From IMG/VR virus record IMGVR_UViG_3300012347_000612, positions 1 to 40,543 of that record: DNA of 40,543 bases. One strand, given 5' to 3'. The notes beneath the pieces are model-generated. The model worked only from the letters and a program-made list of their open reading frames with translations, made no database searches and had not been told where the DNA came from. A program made the position numbers and the translations under genes. Below are positions 1 through 9,198 of this stretch, in pieces. Source of the stretch: a virus (Duplodnaviria > Caudoviricetes). Positions within the stretch are counted from its first letter, which is position 1; each line of letters opens with the position of its first letter.

Positions 1-38
1 CGTTTTTACTTTGTCACTTTGACACCCCCGGGGGTTGA

Positions 39-746
39 GTGAGTGAAACCGCGACGCCTGGCGCTGCTGGGGCCGGGCCGAAGCCGGGTTCCATCGCTTT
101 CTACGCCCAGATGTATGGGAAGGACGAGCGGACGGTGAAGCGCTGGAAGGCGGAGGGGGTGGAGAAGAATGACCCCACGCCGCTGGAGAATCCGGAACTC
201 ATGCGCGCCTGGTGGGCTCGATGCAAAGCCCAACGCATCCCGCCGGGGATCGACGCGGCTGTCACCCGTTGGCGAATCGACCACACCGCCCCGGCTCCGG
301 CGCTGGAGTTGCCGGTGCAAGTGGCACCGCCGCCGATGCCTGCGGAAAAAGCCGCCGCTCGGAAGGCCATCATGGACGAGCCCGTCGATGAGGACGCCAT
401 CGGGCCGGAGCATACGTTGCGGCGGCTGCTGGAGCTGGAGCCGAAACTCCACCGGATCGCGACGGATCCCGGGCAGGCGAAGGAGTATTCCGCCATCGTC
501 GCCCGCATCGGCCCGGCGGCCAAGGCGCTGCGGGAGGAAAACGAGCGCCTCCGCAAGCTCATCCCGCGGACGGAGGCGGAGACGATGATCCACGAATTCC
601 ACGCGCCGGTCGAGCGCGAGACCCGCCAGCTCTACGGCTCCATGTGCGAAATCCTCGGCATCCCCGCCACGCCATTCAGCCGGGACGCATGGAATAAAGA
701 GTGTGATCGGCTCTTCGCCCGATTCCAAGAGGAGGTGTTCCGGTGA
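39..746 (+). CDS. terS: Terminase small subunit (Nu1-like, N-terminal HTH)
   Basis: HTH-like segment YAQMYGKDERTVKRWK; overlaps the start of the large terminase by 4 nt. Confidence 0.75.
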   Translation: MSETATPGAAGAGPKPGSIAFYAQMYGKDERTVKRWKAEGVEKNDPTPLENPELMRAWWARCKAQRIPPGIDAAVTRWRIDHTAPAPALELPVQVAPPPMPAEKAAARKAIMDEPVDEDAIGPEHTLRRLLELEPKLHRIATDPGQAKEYSAIVARIGPAAKALREENERLRKLIPRTEAETMIHEFHAPVERETRQLYGSMCEILGIPATPFSRDAWNKECDRLFARFQEEVFR

Positions 747-2608
747 AATTCGGTGCCACCGACGTTCGCGCCTTCCTCACCGGCGTCCTGCTCGGCATCT
801 ACAAGCCGGAGCCCGCCGAGGAAATCTACGAATGGGCGGAGCGCTGCATGCGCATCCCCGCCACCGAGAACCCGGAAATGGCCGGCATGCTCTGGTCCTC
901 CAGCCTCACCCCTTACGTCCGCGAGCTCATGCGCTGGGTAAAACGCCCGGGCAAGGGAGAATTTTGGATCCGGAAATCCTCTCAAACCGGATTCACCATG
1001 GCCGTCCTCATCATCATGTGCTGGATGATCGTCCACCGGCCGTGCCCCATGGGCTACGCCATCAACTCCATCACCGAGGCGAAAAATATCAGCAAGATCC
1101 GCCTCCAGAACTGGATCCGCCTCAACGGCCTGCTCGACGAAATCGGCGAGGACGACGATTCACTCAACAACCTCACCTACTACTTCCGCTCCGCCACCGT
1201 CTACATGCTATCAGGTGCTAACACCGGCGACTGGCAAAACAAAACCCTCGACCTCGTCTTCATGGACGAGCTCGACATCCACGAACGCCACGAAGGCCAG
1301 GGCACCACCGTTGACATGGCCCGCGGCCGGACGAAGCGGAGCAAAAACTCCAAGATCATCGGCTTCTCCACCCCCGGCGACACCGACCAGATCACCACCG
1401 AATACAAAAACGGCACCATGGAGGAAGTCCGGTTTCCCTTCCCCTGCTGCGGCCACCCCCAGCCCCTGAAAAAGGAAAACCTCGTCTACTCCACCAAGGA
1501 ATTCAAAGACCTCGCCGGAGGCTACCTCATGGAAAAGGTCAAGTCAGACGCCTATTTCAAATGCACCCTCTGCGGTGGCAAGCTCTTCGACCACCAGAAG
1601 CGCGCCGCCATGCAGGCCGTCGAATACGTCCCCACCAATCCCAAGGCAGACCCGTCCATCCGCTCCGTCCACATCTGGGATGCCTACTCGCCCTTCGTCA
1701 CCTTCGGCGACATCGCCGTCGCATGGATCAAGGCCGAGGGAAATCCCGAGTTGCTAGAGGGACTCTATCGGAGAAATTTCGGCGAACCCTTCGAGCGCAC
1801 CGGCAGCATCCTCAAGCACACCGACGTCATCGCCTGCAAGGGCAAGGACATCACCAAGATCGACGAAGCCACCGGCCAGGACATCGGCGAAAAGACCTTC
1901 TATCTCCGAGGCACCGTCCCCTTCATCCCCGTTTGGCTCACCCAAGTCACCGACGTCCAGGGCGACATCCGCAAGTCCATGAAACTCGCCTTCGACGAGC
2001 GCTGGAACGTCTGGATCATAGACTGGAAAGTCACCCTCTCCCTCACCGAGGCCTTCGACTGGATCGACACCCCGGTCATCGGCCCCGAGGGCGAGCCCAT
2101 CTACTGCGACGAAGGCTTCTGCGACGAAGGTCACCTCGCCTACGAAGTCCGCCAAGAGTGCTACGCCCGCATCATGATGGACTCCCTCCGCCCCATCTGG
2201 CCCGTCAAAGGCGTGCCCTCCGTGGACCGCGTCGCCGAGCTTGTTTCCACCAATCGCCGCTTCATCTCCGCCACCCCGGGCGAGGAAGACATCCTCGTCT
2301 ACTCCATCGCCGACCGCGCTTTCAAATGGGAACTCTTCAACATGATCAAGCACCGCCAGAAGCGCCAGAAATCCGGCAAACCCATCCTCTACATCCCGTC
2401 TGATAGCGACGAGGAAGCCAAGGAACACGACAACATCATCGACGAACTCTCCAACGAGCACCCATTCAAGAAAAAGCTCAAAGGCTCAAACCGCGAGGTG
2501 GAAGACTGGAAGAAAACCGGCACCAACGACTACCTCGACACCACCAAATACGCCATCGGCATGAGCACCGTCAAACGCGGCCTCCTCCAGCGCGCCGGAG
2601 CAGCATGA
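743..2608 (+). CDS. terL: Terminase large subunit, lambda GpA family
   Basis: GpA-type N-terminus (YEWAERCMRIP...TPYVRE), Walker A-like KSSQTGFT, Walker B VFMDELD, FSTP motif, Cys pairs, C-terminal NDYLD nuclease motif. Confidence 0.93.
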   Translation: MKFGATDVRAFLTGVLLGIYKPEPAEEIYEWAERCMRIPATENPEMAGMLWSSSLTPYVRELMRWVKRPGKGEFWIRKSSQTGFTMAVLIIMCWMIVHRPCPMGYAINSITEAKNISKIRLQNWIRLNGLLDEIGEDDDSLNNLTYYFRSATVYMLSGANTGDWQNKTLDLVFMDELDIHERHEGQGTTVDMARGRTKRSKNSKIIGFSTPGDTDQITTEYKNGTMEEVRFPFPCCGHPQPLKKENLVYSTKEFKDLAGGYLMEKVKSDAYFKCTLCGGKLFDHQKRAAMQAVEYVPTNPKADPSIRSVHIWDAYSPFVTFGDIAVAWIKAEGNPELLEGLYRRNFGEPFERTGSILKHTDVIACKGKDITKIDEATGQDIGEKTFYLRGTVPFIPVWLTQVTDVQGDIRKSMKLAFDERWNVWIIDWKVTLSLTEAFDWIDTPVIGPEGEPIYCDEGFCDEGHLAYEVRQECYARIMMDSLRPIWPVKGVPSVDRVAELVSTNRRFISATPGEEDILVYSIADRAFKWELFNMIKHRQKRQKSGKPILYIPSDSDEEAKEHDNIIDELSNEHPFKKKLKGSNREVEDWKKTGTNDYLDTTKYAIGMSTVKRGLLQRAGAA

Positions 2609-2802
2609 AGACCATGAACCTACCAAACGACATTTCCCGGTGCGATGGCTACTACGTCGAAGACGGCGAAGACAGCGACTGGCGCGAAGGATGCGAAACC
2701 TGCCTGCGGCGCACGGCACCCAGACCCGTGCGTGCAGTCATGATTTCACCCCCACCCATCATCGCGTTCGAGTGCGAATACTTGCTCGAGCCGAAACCCT
2801 GA
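2605..2802 (+). CDS. Small Cys-rich hypothetical phage protein
   Basis: 65 aa, ATGA overlap with terL; motifs DISRC, CETCLR, CEY. Confidence 0.65.
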   Translation: MKTMNLPNDISRCDGYYVEDGEDSDWREGCETCLRRTAPRPVRAVMISPPPIIAFECEYLLEPKP

Positions 2803-2824
2803 AATTCTCCCGGCAGCAAATAAA

Positions 2825-3181
2825 ATGACCATGAACCAAGCACCCACAGCCGGAGCCATCAAGCGGGCGAAAAAACAAAGGCGTTTGGATCACGCATGGA
2901 GTCTCACAGGTGGCAGGTGCGTCTATTGCAACTCCGAAACGCCCACCATCCTGCGCACAGTCGATCACTGCCTTCCCCGCTCTCACGGAGGATGGTCCAC
3001 AAGCTCCAATCTTCTCCCGGCCTGTTACCATTGCAACAATGCTCGTGGCACCACGTCCCCCGCTTCGCGTCTTGCGCATCCGCGGTGGACGACACTGGTG
3101 AAGCAGATGGAAGAGAACGCCGATGCGCTGGCACCGCCGCCCCAGCGGCTGGCCAGCAAGAAGGACGTTCCCGGCGGTTGA
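2825..3181 (+). CDS. HNH endonuclease
   Basis: CVYC...TVDHCLPRSHGG...NLLPACYHCNNARG; stop codon lies inside the attC-like site at 3112-3201. Confidence 0.88.
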   Translation: MTMNQAPTAGAIKRAKKQRRLDHAWSLTGGRCVYCNSETPTILRTVDHCLPRSHGGWSTSSNLLPACYHCNNARGTTSPASRLAHPRWTTLVKQMEENADALAPPPQRLASKKDVPGG

Positions 3182-3201
3182 CCAGCCGCGCCTTGTTCGA
3201 T
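3112..3201 (-). other. attC-like recombination site (head-operon cassette)
   Basis: Imperfect inverted repeat AACgccgatgcgctggcaccgccg...cggcggttgaccagccgcgccttGTT with extra unpaired bases on one arm; GTTcgattt (3195) is the reverse complement of aaatcgAAC (3544-3552). Confidence 0.75.
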
Positions 3202-3551
3202 TTCCCGAATTACCAACCGACTCCGATACCATGAATGACACCAACGCATCCGCCCTTGTGGGCAAGGCCATGAAGCAAAACGCGCAACTTCGCAACAAGC
3301 TGGAAAGCGTGCGCGGTAAGCTGCAAACCCACATCTCCGACATCAAGCGCGAGGTCGATCAAATCGACGCAGCCCTGAAGGTGGAATACACCGACTGGAT
3401 CGCCCTACTGAAATGGCAGGATCTGAAATGGGTGTGCATCGCCTGCGTGAACGTCCGCGACATCGACGACGATACGCCGGATGACTTCGACCTGGCGCTG
3501 CCGATCCCGTCGCCGGAGAGCCTTCCGGAGTGGAACGGTTGGTAAATCGAA
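3118..3551 (-). mobile_element. Gene cassette E (434 bp) at the second attI-like site
   Basis: Bounded by crossover triplets at 3116-3118 and 3550-3552; complementary R boxes; carries one ORF. Confidence 0.7.
3231..3545 (+). CDS. Hypothetical protein (cassette E cargo, coiled-coil N-terminus)
   Basis: ORF MNDTNASALVG...; the frame is also open from ATG 3123 inside the attC, so the start is uncertain. Confidence 0.7.
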   Translation: MNDTNASALVGKAMKQNAQLRNKLESVRGKLQTHISDIKREVDQIDAALKVEYTDWIALLKWQDLKWVCIACVNVRDIDDDTPDDFDLALPIPSPESLPEWNGW

Positions 3552-3584
3552 CAGCTTATTATCCCGACCAGACTGCGAATAAAT
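3546..3584 (-). other. Second (orphan) attI-like site
   Basis: 3550-3582 matches 34006-34038, which abuts the IntI start, at 29 of 33 nt. Confidence 0.7.
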
Positions 3585-3700
3585 TTCCCGGCAGCGAGTG
3601 CTGCCGGAAATCCCCTCCCGCGGGCGCGTCGCCCAGGTGGAGGCTGGAATCTACCTTCTGAGGGGTTGGATCCAGCCACACAGCGGGAGGGTTGCTTTAT

Positions 3701-3815
<115 letters not shown>

Positions 3816-3820
3816 CCGAC

Positions 3821-3830
3821 TTTGACACCC
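3821..3830 (+). promoter_or_regulatory. TTTGACA(CCC) late-gene upstream motif (TTGACA also at 19, 6829, 7385, 9180, 11659, 17732)
   Basis: Recurrent motif, 13-17 nt before the start codon in 6 of 7 cases. Confidence 0.6.
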
Positions 3831-3844
3831 GCCCGTCAAAGTAT

Positions 3845-4150
3845 ATGCCCGACGAGCGAATTCTAGCCCCCATCCGCCGCTTCTGGACAGATCTTGAGGT
3901 GCGCACCGCCTATCAGGCCATCTTCCAGGCCTATCACGGCCGCATTGCAGAAGTCACCGTCATCATCGGCAAGTCCGCCGAGGGCGATTCCGCCTCCGCC
4001 CAAGTCGTCATCTCCTCCGCCGACTACGAAAAATGGCTCGAAGCCTGCGAAGCCCGCATGACCGAGCTCGAAAACGCCTGCTCCGGCATCACCGCCGAGC
4101 TCACCCAGACCGGCCATGTGAATTTCGGCAACCGCTTCACCACCCTCTAG
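3845..4150 (+). CDS. Putative head-completion/head-tail joining protein (gpW position)
   Basis: 101 aa ORF between terminase and portal; start placed at ATG 3845 because the upstream extension is repeat-derived. Confidence 0.55.
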   Translation: MPDERILAPIRRFWTDLEVRTAYQAIFQAYHGRIAEVTVIIGKSAEGDSASAQVVISSADYEKWLEACEARMTELENACSGITAELTQTGHVNFGNRFTTL

Positions 4151-4152
4151 CA

Positions 4153-4226
4153 GGACCGCGGGATTCATCCCGGCCTTCATTCATTCATCCTCTTCATCCC
4201 CGATCCCCGATCCCCGATCCCCGATC
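4153..4226. repeat. REP-like palindromic element followed by an ATCCCCG heptamer half-array
   Basis: ggaccgcgggattcatcccggccttcattcattcatcctcttc is shared with 12128-12199 and 12991-13059; then (ATCCCCG)x4. Confidence 0.8.
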
Positions 4227-4234
4227 TTTCCACC

Positions 4235-5764
4235 ATGTCCACCCGCGCCAAGAAATCCCGCCGCCACCAGCGCGCCGCCGCAGAACTCCCCGCCGGTGCC
4301 CCCTCCGCATTGAGCTGGGGGTCCAACTATCAGGGAGCCCAGTGGTCCAGCGACCGCGGCATGATCCGCTGGTCCACCATCGACCAGCGCGAAGAACTCT
4401 CCAACTACGAGCGCGGCGAGCTCCTCCGCCGCATCCATTTCCTCAAGGCCCACTTCGGCTTCGCCCTCGGTCTCGTCAACAACTCCGCCGACCTCGTAGG
4501 CTGGCACGTCCCCCAAGCCCAGAGCGGTGATGAGGAATGGGACGATGCCGCCGAGCAAGCCTTCCAATTCTCCTGCGGCGAGGAATCCGCCTTCGACGTG
4601 GCTGGCAAGTTCGACTACGAGACCGCCCAGCCCATGCTCATGCGTGCCGCCTTTACCGACGCGCACATCTTCACCGTCATGACCAAGTGGGAAGGCACCG
4701 GAGCCGCCCGCTTCGCCTTCTACGAAGCCTCCCAACTCCGCAACCCCAAAGACGCGGGGAAAGCCTGGCGGGACGGCATCAAAGTCAGCAAGACCGGCCG
4801 CCACCTCGCCTACGGCTTCCACGATCCGGAGTCAGACACCGTCGTCCAGATCCCCGCCGCCTCCGTCATCTACTTCGGCGAGTTCGACAACGCCCGCCAG
4901 GACGCCCCCGTCCCCAAGCTCGCCCACGCCGTCCTCAACTCCCAGGACATTATGGAAATCTGGGGCTTCCAGAAAAAAGCCGTCAAAATCTCCTCCCTCT
5001 CCGGAGCCGTCATCGAGCGCGACGCCGGCGCGCAACCCTCCGCCGCCCGCCAAGGCATGGTCGGCCCCCGCACCACCGCCACTCAGGACGGGGCCAAATT
5101 CCAACAGGAAAACGTCTGGGACGGCGGCCAGATCCACAAACTGGAGCCCGGCGAAAAAGCAAAAATCCTCGCCGATAACCGCCCCTCACCCGAGCAACGC
5201 CAGCTCATCCTCGACCTCAAGCGAGACATCGCCTACGGCTGGGGCCTCCCGCTCGAAGTCGTCGATGCCATCGCCGAGCTCACTGGCCCCGGCATCCGCT
5301 TCGTCCTCGACGTTGCGGGGAACTGGATCGACTGCCGCCGCCAGCGTCAGCAGAAGTGGCTGCGGAAAATCTGGCGCTACACCATCGCCTGCGAGATCGC
5401 CGCCGGCCGCCTCGCCCTCCCGAAATCCACCGATGGCAAAAAGGGCCGCTGGTGGAATGTCAGCTTCACCGGCCGCCGCCTCCTCACCATCGACCGCGGC
5501 AAGGAAAGCCAATCCCGCCTCAACGAGATCGAAGCCGGAGTCGGCACCTGGGCCCAGTGGGAGCAGCTCGACGGCATGGACTGGAAAGACCGCCTCAAGC
5601 AGCGAGTCCGCGAGGGCCGCGCCAGCTTCGCCGAGTGCGGCATCCTCGATCCCACCCCCGAGCAACTCCACGCATTCGTCTTCCCACCCCGCCAAGGCTC
5701 TGCGGCAGCGGCGGTGCCACCCGAGGAATCCAAGGAACCCGCCAAGGAAAAGCCACCCAAATGA
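4235..5764 (+). CDS. Portal protein, lambda family
   Basis: 509 aa; position; DGIKVSKTGRHLAYGF and IHKLEPGEK...NRP segments typical of lambda-type portals. Confidence 0.88.
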   Translation: MSTRAKKSRRHQRAAAELPAGAPSALSWGSNYQGAQWSSDRGMIRWSTIDQREELSNYERGELLRRIHFLKAHFGFALGLVNNSADLVGWHVPQAQSGDEEWDDAAEQAFQFSCGEESAFDVAGKFDYETAQPMLMRAAFTDAHIFTVMTKWEGTGAARFAFYEASQLRNPKDAGKAWRDGIKVSKTGRHLAYGFHDPESDTVVQIPAASVIYFGEFDNARQDAPVPKLAHAVLNSQDIMEIWGFQKKAVKISSLSGAVIERDAGAQPSAARQGMVGPRTTATQDGAKFQQENVWDGGQIHKLEPGEKAKILADNRPSPEQRQLILDLKRDIAYGWGLPLEVVDAIAELTGPGIRFVLDVAGNWIDCRRQRQQKWLRKIWRYTIACEIAAGRLALPKSTDGKKGRWWNVSFTGRRLLTIDRGKESQSRLNEIEAGVGTWAQWEQLDGMDWKDRLKQRVREGRASFAECGILDPTPEQLHAFVFPPRQGSAAAAVPPEESKEPAKEKPPK

Positions 5765-5765
5765 A

Positions 5766-5855
5766 GAGATAGGGGATAGGAGATCGGAGATGAAGAAGCT
5801 CCGTACCCCTCTTCCTCTTCCATCCCCAATCCCCGATCCCTGATCTCCTATCCAT
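5766..5855. repeat. GGAGATA/ATCCCCG heptamer inverted-repeat element
   Basis: Heptamer array, spacer gaagaagctccg...ctcttcc, inverted array; near-identical copy at 6717-6812. Confidence 0.85.
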
Positions 5856-5867
5856 CTTCCCCTTCCC

Positions 5868-6716
5868 ATGAAATATCCCCGCATTGCCGCCCGCATCCAT
5901 CAGGAGCCCTGGCTCATCCTCCCCGCCAAGTTCGAGGAACTCTCCCAGGCATTTTCTAACGCCGTCTCCCAGAAATGGACCCCGGAAGCCGCCGCAGACT
6001 CCCCGGTCGGCCCCCGCGCCGAGTTCTCAGACGGCTACGCCCACCCCCAGGTGGAAGTCTATGGCGGCATCGCCCTTGCCCGCGTCCACGGCACCACCGG
6101 CCGCGGGCTTTCCGCCCTGGCCATGGAGTGCGGCGGCTTCGATACCGGACTCTTCCGCGAACAGCTCCAGCACATCGCAGAGGATCCCGCCATCCGCGCC
6201 CTCGTCATCGACTTCGACACCCCCGGCGGCATGGCCAATGGAAACATGGCCGTCTGTCAGGACATCCGCGCCATCTCCGCCGCCGGCAAGAAAGTTTACG
6301 GCTACGTCTCCCTCATGTGCGCCTCCGCCGGATACTTCATGGCCGCCGCCTGCGATGAGATCCACGCCCACCCGGACGCCATCGTCGGCTCCATCTCCAC
6401 CATTTACAGCGGCATCGACTCCAGCCAGGCCTTCGCTAACAACGGCCTCAAGCTCGAACTCTTCGCCACCGGCAAATACAAAGCCACCGGCATGCCCGGC
6501 AAGCAGTGGACCGACGAAGAGCGGCAGATGATCTGGGACCGCATCACCCCCATCGACCAGGAATTCAAAGGCTACGTCTCCAGCCGTCGTTCTCTCGCGC
6601 CCGCGGCCATGGAAGGCCAGTGGTGGTATGCCAAAAACGCCCCCGCCGGAGTCACCGACTCCACCGATTTCGACTCCCTCGCCCAGCTCGTCCAGTCCAT
6701 CTACGCCACTCTTTGA
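5868..6716 (+). CDS. Head maturation protease, S49 (SppA/ClpP-like)
   Basis: IDFDTPGG, MCASAGYFMAAACDEI, VGSI and GKYK motifs. Confidence 0.92.
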   Translation: MKYPRIAARIHQEPWLILPAKFEELSQAFSNAVSQKWTPEAAADSPVGPRAEFSDGYAHPQVEVYGGIALARVHGTTGRGLSALAMECGGFDTGLFREQLQHIAEDPAIRALVIDFDTPGGMANGNMAVCQDIRAISAAGKKVYGYVSLMCASAGYFMAAACDEIHAHPDAIVGSISTIYSGIDSSQAFANNGLKLELFATGKYKATGMPGKQWTDEERQMIWDRITPIDQEFKGYVSSRRSLAPAAMEGQWWYAKNAPAGVTDSTDFDSLAQLVQSIYATL

Positions 6717-6812
6717 AGAGATAGGGGATAGGAGATAGGAGATAGGAGATGAAGAAGCTCCGCGCATCTCTTCCTCTTCCATCCCCTATCCCCGATCCCT
6801 GATCTACTATCC
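6717..6812. repeat. GGAGATA/ATCCCCG heptamer inverted-repeat element
   Basis: Copy of 5766-5855; the two copies flank the protease gene. Confidence 0.85.
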
Positions 6813-6849
6813 CTCTTCCCCTCTTTTTTTGACACACCCCCACGGGGGT

Positions 6850-7377
6850 ATGAAGCCACGTCCTTTCCTCCGCTCCGCAGAACCCGCCGATCTTGGCGGA
6901 AATGGTCCTTCCGCCGTCGTCCTCCCCGTTGAGGAAGCCCCCGCCGCCGCTGTTGCGGAAGAAACTCCCGCCGCCGCGGTTGAGCCCACCTTCCTCCAGC
7001 GCGCCAGCGCCGCCTTCGCCTCCAAGTCCGCCATCCTCGCCGAGCGCGACACCTTCCGCACCCGCGCCGAGACCGCCGAAGCAGAATCCCTCACCCTCCG
7101 CGCCCAAGTGCTGGACCTCGGCACCCAGCTCGCCGCCGTCCTTGCGGAGCGCGAGGAAATCTCCGCCCTGCTAGACACCGCCACCGCAGAGAACCAGGCA
7201 GTGGAAGCCGCCGCCGCCTCCCAAGTCGCCGCCCTTGGCTTCGAGCCCGCCGCGCTACCATCCGCCAGCGCCGCCCCCGAGGAAACCCGCGCCACCCTCG
7301 TCGCCCAGATCGAGAAAGAAACCGACCCCAAGAAACTATGGGCACTCACCGAGCGCTACGAGGCCCTCTCCAACTGA
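6850..7377 (+). CDS. Putative scaffolding protein
   Basis: Ala/Glu-rich coiled-coil ORF between protease and capsid genes. Confidence 0.55.
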   Translation: MKPRPFLRSAEPADLGGNGPSAVVLPVEEAPAAAVAEETPAAAVEPTFLQRASAAFASKSAILAERDTFRTRAETAEAESLTLRAQVLDLGTQLAAVLAEREEISALLDTATAENQAVEAAAASQVAALGFEPAALPSASAAPEETRATLVAQIEKETDPKKLWALTERYEALSN

Positions 7378-7434
7378 GGTTTTTTTGACACCCGCCGAGA
7401 CACGAACACCACACGCCACTAACCGCTCCCTACC

Positions 7435-8637
7435 ATGCCCACTCTTACCAGCACGCTCATTCTCAAGAAGACCCTCAAGGCCTATCGCACCTTGTTCCCC
7501 TTCATCAACAAGTTCAACTCGGACTTCACTTCCGAGCAACTCGTCCTCGGACAGACCGCCATCGCCCACATCCGCAGCTTGCCCACCGTCGCTAACTACG
7601 ACGCCACCACCGGCTATGCGAACGGAGCCACCAGCGCCCGCACGCTCCTCACGGACCTCCCGATTGTGGTCGATAGCCACAAACACGTCCCCGTCTATCT
7701 GGACCATGTGGATGCCATCTCCGACGAGAAGGAATCCTTCCCCGGCACCCTGGAAGATCAAGCCTACGTCCTCGGCAAGACCATGGTGGACAGCATCACC
7801 GCCAAGGCCACCACGGCCAACTTCAGCTACGGCACCACCGCCGCCACTGCGGATAGCGACCTCGACGTCATCGAGGCCATCACCACCCAGCTTAACGGAA
7901 ACGGTGCAGCTCCCCGCGGCCGTATCGGCCTGGTGAACTCCGCCGTCGCCCAGGCCATCGCCCTCGACACCCGCATCGGATCCAAGGACTACTACGGTCA
8001 ACTCACCGGAGCCGGTGGCTTGCGCATGTTCACCGGAGTCGGCGGCTTCGAGGCCATCTACGAATACCCCGGCCTCTCCAGCAACAACAAGGCCACCCAG
8101 ACCTTCACCGCGGCCACCACGGACATCTGCACGGCCACCGCCCACGGCTTCACCACCGGCGACCGCGTCCGCCTCACCAACTCCGGCGGCGCACTTCCTG
8201 CCGGGCTGGCAGCATCCACCGACTACTACGTCATCAAGCTCACTGCCGACACCTTCAAGCTCGCCACCAGCGACGCCCTGGCCACCGCAGGCACAGCGGT
8301 TGACGTTACCGGCACCGGCACCGGCACCCACTCCATCGTCGGCTACGAGAACGTCTCCGGACTCTTCTTCAACAGCGAGGCCATCGCCCTTTACACCGGC
8401 CTTCCTCGCCAGTCGCACGACACCGCAGCAGCCATGGGCATCCCGCAAACCGTCAAGATGGAAGCCCTCGCGGATCCCATCAACGGCTTCGCCCTCGCCC
8501 ACCTCTGCTGGATGCAGACCGGCACCGTGGATCTCTACTCCACCGTCACCGCCCTCTGGGGTTCCGCCCTCGGCCGCCAAGCCGGAGCCGCCGCCGCCCT
8601 CACCGACCGCTCCGCCGTCATCCTCCGCACGGCGTGA
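7435..8637 (+). CDS. Major capsid protein with an inserted beta-rich domain
   Basis: 400 aa; position after protease and scaffold; strong codon bias; followed by a small gene and a terminator. Confidence 0.75.
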   Translation: MPTLTSTLILKKTLKAYRTLFPFINKFNSDFTSEQLVLGQTAIAHIRSLPTVANYDATTGYANGATSARTLLTDLPIVVDSHKHVPVYLDHVDAISDEKESFPGTLEDQAYVLGKTMVDSITAKATTANFSYGTTAATADSDLDVIEAITTQLNGNGAAPRGRIGLVNSAVAQAIALDTRIGSKDYYGQLTGAGGLRMFTGVGGFEAIYEYPGLSSNNKATQTFTAATTDICTATAHGFTTGDRVRLTNSGGALPAGLAASTDYYVIKLTADTFKLATSDALATAGTAVDVTGTGTGTHSIVGYENVSGLFFNSEAIALYTGLPRQSHDTAAAMGIPQTVKMEALADPINGFALAHLCWMQTGTVDLYSTVTALWGSALGRQAGAAAALTDRSAVILRTA

Positions 8638-8738
8638 TGAGTTGAGAGTTGAGGGTTGAGAGTTGAGAGTCAGAAATGAATTCCTCTTCTCTCCACCCTC
8701 TTCTCTAACTCTCAACCATCAACTCTCAACTCTCAACT
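8638..8738. repeat. GAGAGTT heptamer inverted-repeat element
   Basis: gagttgagagttgagggttgagagttgagag ... ctctcaaccatcaactctcaactctcaac with a pyrimidine-rich spacer. Confidence 0.85.
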
Positions 8739-8747
8739 TCTTCCACC

Positions 8748-8981
8748 ATGCTCGCCATCGTTCTCGGCTTCACCGAACCCGGTTCCCAGTCACCCGTCCA
8801 GGTCCTCTACGCGGGCCGGAATGCCAGCGAGGCCCGGGCCATTGCGGATGCGCCGCCAGTCGGCATCCTCCGCACCGAGTCCCTCAGTAATCCAGTCACC
8901 CACCACAAGCGCCACTTCCCCGGAAACGTCGCCCCGCCCTCGGAGGAGCTGCTGGAAGTCGCTCCCGCCAAGAAAAAATAA
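8748..8981 (+). CDS. Small hypothetical virion/head protein
   Basis: 77 aa ORF after the capsid gene; basic C-terminus. Confidence 0.65.
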   Translation: MLAIVLGFTEPGSQSPVQVLYAGRNASEARAIADAPPVGILRTESLSNPVTHHKRHFPGNVAPPSEELLEVAPAKKK

Positions 8982-9019
8982 CTCTTTCCCGGACACACAC
9001 ACACACCCTGAGAAAACCA

Positions 9020-9057
9020 CAGCCCCTCGCCCCGCCAGGCGGGGGGTTGTTTTTTTT
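9020..9057 (+). terminator. Rho-independent terminator
   Basis: GC-rich stem cagcccctcgcc/ggcggggggttg followed by a T-run. Confidence 0.7.
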
Positions 9058-9172
<115 letters not shown>

Positions 9173-9198
9173 ACCTACTTTGACACCCCGCCCCCAGC

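Noticed and set aside
7336-8715. 459-aa minus-strand ORF
   Set aside because: Antisense shadow of the capsid gene.
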